From Catajapyx aquilonaris (lineage: Eukaryota), in assembly GCA_000934665.2 (NCBI GenBank), contig JYFJ02003967.1:1-35923 (forward strand): 35,923 nt of DNA, read 5' to 3'. A program made the translations under genes and the position numbers. The notes under the pieces were generated by a model. The model was given only the letters and a program-made list of their open reading frames with translations. It searched no databases and was not told where the DNA came from. Numbering within the stretch: the first letter of the stretch is position 1; every line of letters begins with the position of its first letter. This document shows positions 34,301 to 35,923 of the stretch, piece by piece.

Positions 34301-35832
34301 TCACCCAAGATGGACACCTGCTTGTAGTCCGACATGTACCTGGGCACCACTGTCGTTTCCTTTGCAGCTTTTTGCACGTTGTCCTCGGCCCTGACGGATT
34401 GAAATCAATGAGTGTTACGAGTGTAATTTTTGAAGTAGCATGTATTTTTTTTAAATAAAGGATAAGGATGTTAGGATATCGAAATTCATGCTGAATGTTA
34501 TTCCAGTCCTGTGTTAATCTAATGAACAACCTCTCTGGCGGTAGCATCGATAAGAACGTTCTTTATCGCCAAAGGAATGTTAAACTGATTTTTTAAAATT
34601 ACTGGCTGCAAAATGTTCATTAGAGAATTAGCATTGTTTCTGTAGTGTGCAGGAATCAAGATAAATTATTACAGTATCTTACAAGTGCCATGTACGGAAT
34701 CAAAAACTGTTCAAGTTCAAAATTTAAGCAATGCAACATTCGTTATTCGTAAGCTAACAAGACAGTAGTACTAGCCCACGTATTATCGCGATCCTAAACA
34801 AACCTAGCAAGAATATAGTTTCATGACCACCCAGTTGGCAGTATACAGGATTGAGACATGCAATGGCGTAAATAAATGAATCATCTTAGACTTACTGTTA
34901 GAGCATATTAAAACTAAACAATAGTCGTATGTGTTAAGGCAACGGATGTCATGCACTCACCTGGCCTGTGTGGCATGAGTCCGCTTCAGGTGATCAATGA
35001 TGAATCCATGCAGCTCTACATGATTTTTGAGAAGGGCCAGGGAGGCGGGTGTGGCCCCATCCTTGTCCGTGGCCTGGGGGTCACTCTTTCCCTCCAACAA
35101 GAGGAGGCTGGCCACATCCAGATGGCCGGACATGCAGGCCAAGTGCAGTGGGGTGTGGCCAGTGTGGGTGGTTCGGGTGTCCGAGGAGGCCCCTCTGTCC
35201 AGGAGGAGTCTGCACGTCTCCACCAGACCACTCCTGGCAGACCAGTGGAGGGCTGTCCTTCCCTCCAAGTCCCTCTCGTCCACCTTTTCGCGTCCAGTCA
35301 GGCCCAGGAGGGTTCGACAGACGCCCACCTTCCTGGCCCGACACGCCACCATCAGGGGGGTCTCCCCATGTCCATTCCTCTTGTTCACCTCTTCTCTTCT
35401 TTCTCCCAACAACCTGCCAACGTCTTCTTCCCTTCCCATGGCCGCCATGACGTGAACGTCCTCTTGCATGCCCAGGAGGAACTTGGCCATCTCCTTTCTG
35501 TCCTTCTTCACCGCCACCCCTTGAGACGTCTTCTTCTCTCCATTCTTCTCATCCGGATCCGCCCCCCACTCCAGGAGAAGCCTCCCCACTTGGACGTTCC
35601 CAGCCTCCGCCGCCGTGTGCAGAGGGGTGTCCCCCACCTTGGTCTTGGCCATTGGGTGTGCCCCTTCCTCCAGCAGAAGGCGGCAGACCTGCAGGTGGTT
35701 GAACTCTGATGCCTCGTGCAGGGCAGTCTTGTCCTGGTGAGTGGAGGCCAGGTTGACCCTTGCCCCCCTCTTGACCAGTTCCTCGCACACTGGAATCCAA
35801 CCACGTCTGGAGGCCACCATCAGTGGTGTCAC
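28311..35832 (-). CDS. Predicted multi-exon ankyrin / eIF2-alpha kinase (PERK-like) / ankyrin gene; 5' end uncertain or outside the window
   Basis: Exons at about 35832-34961, 34390-33331, 32131-31436 (MITE-disrupted), 29961-29380 and 28325-28311. All junctions are GT-AG and phase-compatible (2,0,0,0). Confidence 0.65.
28990..29110. mobile_element. Palindromic MITE, family copy 2
   Basis: AAA|GGGTGGAATT ... AATTCCACCC|AAA. Confidence 0.82.
29380..29961 (-). CDS. Ankyrin-repeat exon A (about 6 repeats)
   Basis: Repeat cores FLEAC, SGLHNAA, TALHLAA, QPIHLAS, TPLHYAA, TPLDLAK. Acceptor GTTCCCTTGCAG, donor AAG|GTATAT, 582 nt. Confidence 0.9.
30105..30705. mobile_element. Old foldback element with diverged inverted arms of about 135 bp; duplicated at about 32272-32873
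   Basis: 30105-30241 is an imperfect reverse complement of 30576-30705 (e.g. GTAATCGGTGTCGTGCCAAACCCGCTCA / TGAGCGGGTTTGGCTCGAGACCGATTAC). Confidence 0.75.
30957..31226 (+). mobile_element. Helitron-like 3' fragment
   Basis: Subterminal hairpin CCCGGGCAACGCCGGG followed about 8 nt later by CTAT (canonical end is CTRR). Confidence 0.62.
31436..32131 (-). CDS. Ankyrin-repeat exon B (about 6 repeats), with a MITE and an in-frame TAG near its 5' end
   Basis: Paralog of exon A with SALHLAA, TPLHYAA, QPIHYAS, TPLHWAA, TPLDIAK. Stop at 32041-32039. Confidence 0.85.
32007..32120. mobile_element. Palindromic MITE, family copy 3 (young; inside exon B)
   Basis: ATT|GGGTCGAATT ... AATTCGACCC|ATT with near-perfect arms. 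Absent from exon A (empty site). Confidence 0.93.
33331..34390 (-). CDS. eIF2-alpha kinase domain, PERK/EIF2AK3-like, on one exon
   Basis: RYMSDY, LGEGSFG, YAVKRVPLP, LREVKALARMEH, LFMQLELC, IHRDLKPYNILF, VKIGDFGL, RTGGVGTRLYCSPEQ and DVYSMGLILYEML parallel PERK motifs. The kinase insert is short. Confidence 0.92.
34961..35832 (-). CDS. N-terminal ankyrin-repeat exon (about 9 repeats, some degenerate)
   Basis: TPLMVAS, TALHEAS, TPLHTAA, TPLMVAC, TALHWSA, TPLHLAC, TPASLAL. Ends at a strong donor AG|GTGAGT. Confidence 0.92.
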
Positions 35833-35923
35833 CGGTAGAAATTGTCTCCAAAATATAGCGACACTAATGATTCTTTATGAGAGGAAAAGCCCCCCCTTTT
35901 TAGCCATTTGGCAGAGATGTAAG

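Noticed and set aside
33442..35709. Plus-strand ORFs 33442..34458 and 34951..35709
   Set aside because: Antisense shadows of the kinase and ankyrin exons.
28311..35832. RNase L or IRE1 ortholog
   Set aside because: The kinase motifs are PERK-like and catalytically intact, and no KEN ribonuclease domain follows.
1..35923. Endogenous giant virus, polydnavirus or bacterial endosymbiont insert (ankyrin, F-box and kinase content)
   Set aside because: Spliceosomal introns, host-type MITEs and SINE, low gene density, and no capsid, polymerase or bacterial genes in this window. A larger enclosing element cannot be excluded.

Overview
Eukaryotic (animal-like, probably invertebrate) genomic DNA with GT-AG introns. 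It is a birth-and-death cluster of duplicated genes littered with non-autonomous transposons. Order on the + strand: two C2H2 zinc-finger gene copies (+); three repeats of a convergent unit [THAP(-C2H2) pseudogene (+) / F-box-LRR gene (-)]; two more 5'-truncated F-box-LRR copies (-); a third zinc-finger copy (+); and a minus-strand multi-exon gene. The exons of that last gene splice in frame into about 9 ankyrin repeats, an intact PERK/EIF2AK3-like eIF2-alpha kinase domain, one or two blocks of about 6 ankyrin repeats, and a GKET-stop tail. This ankyrin-flanked eIF2-alpha kinase, lying next to an array of F-box-LRR paralogs with hypervariable, mosaic substrate-binding surfaces, is the main candidate for an undescribed system (innate immunity or genetic conflict). 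All gene models, alignments and family calls were made by eye, with no database search.
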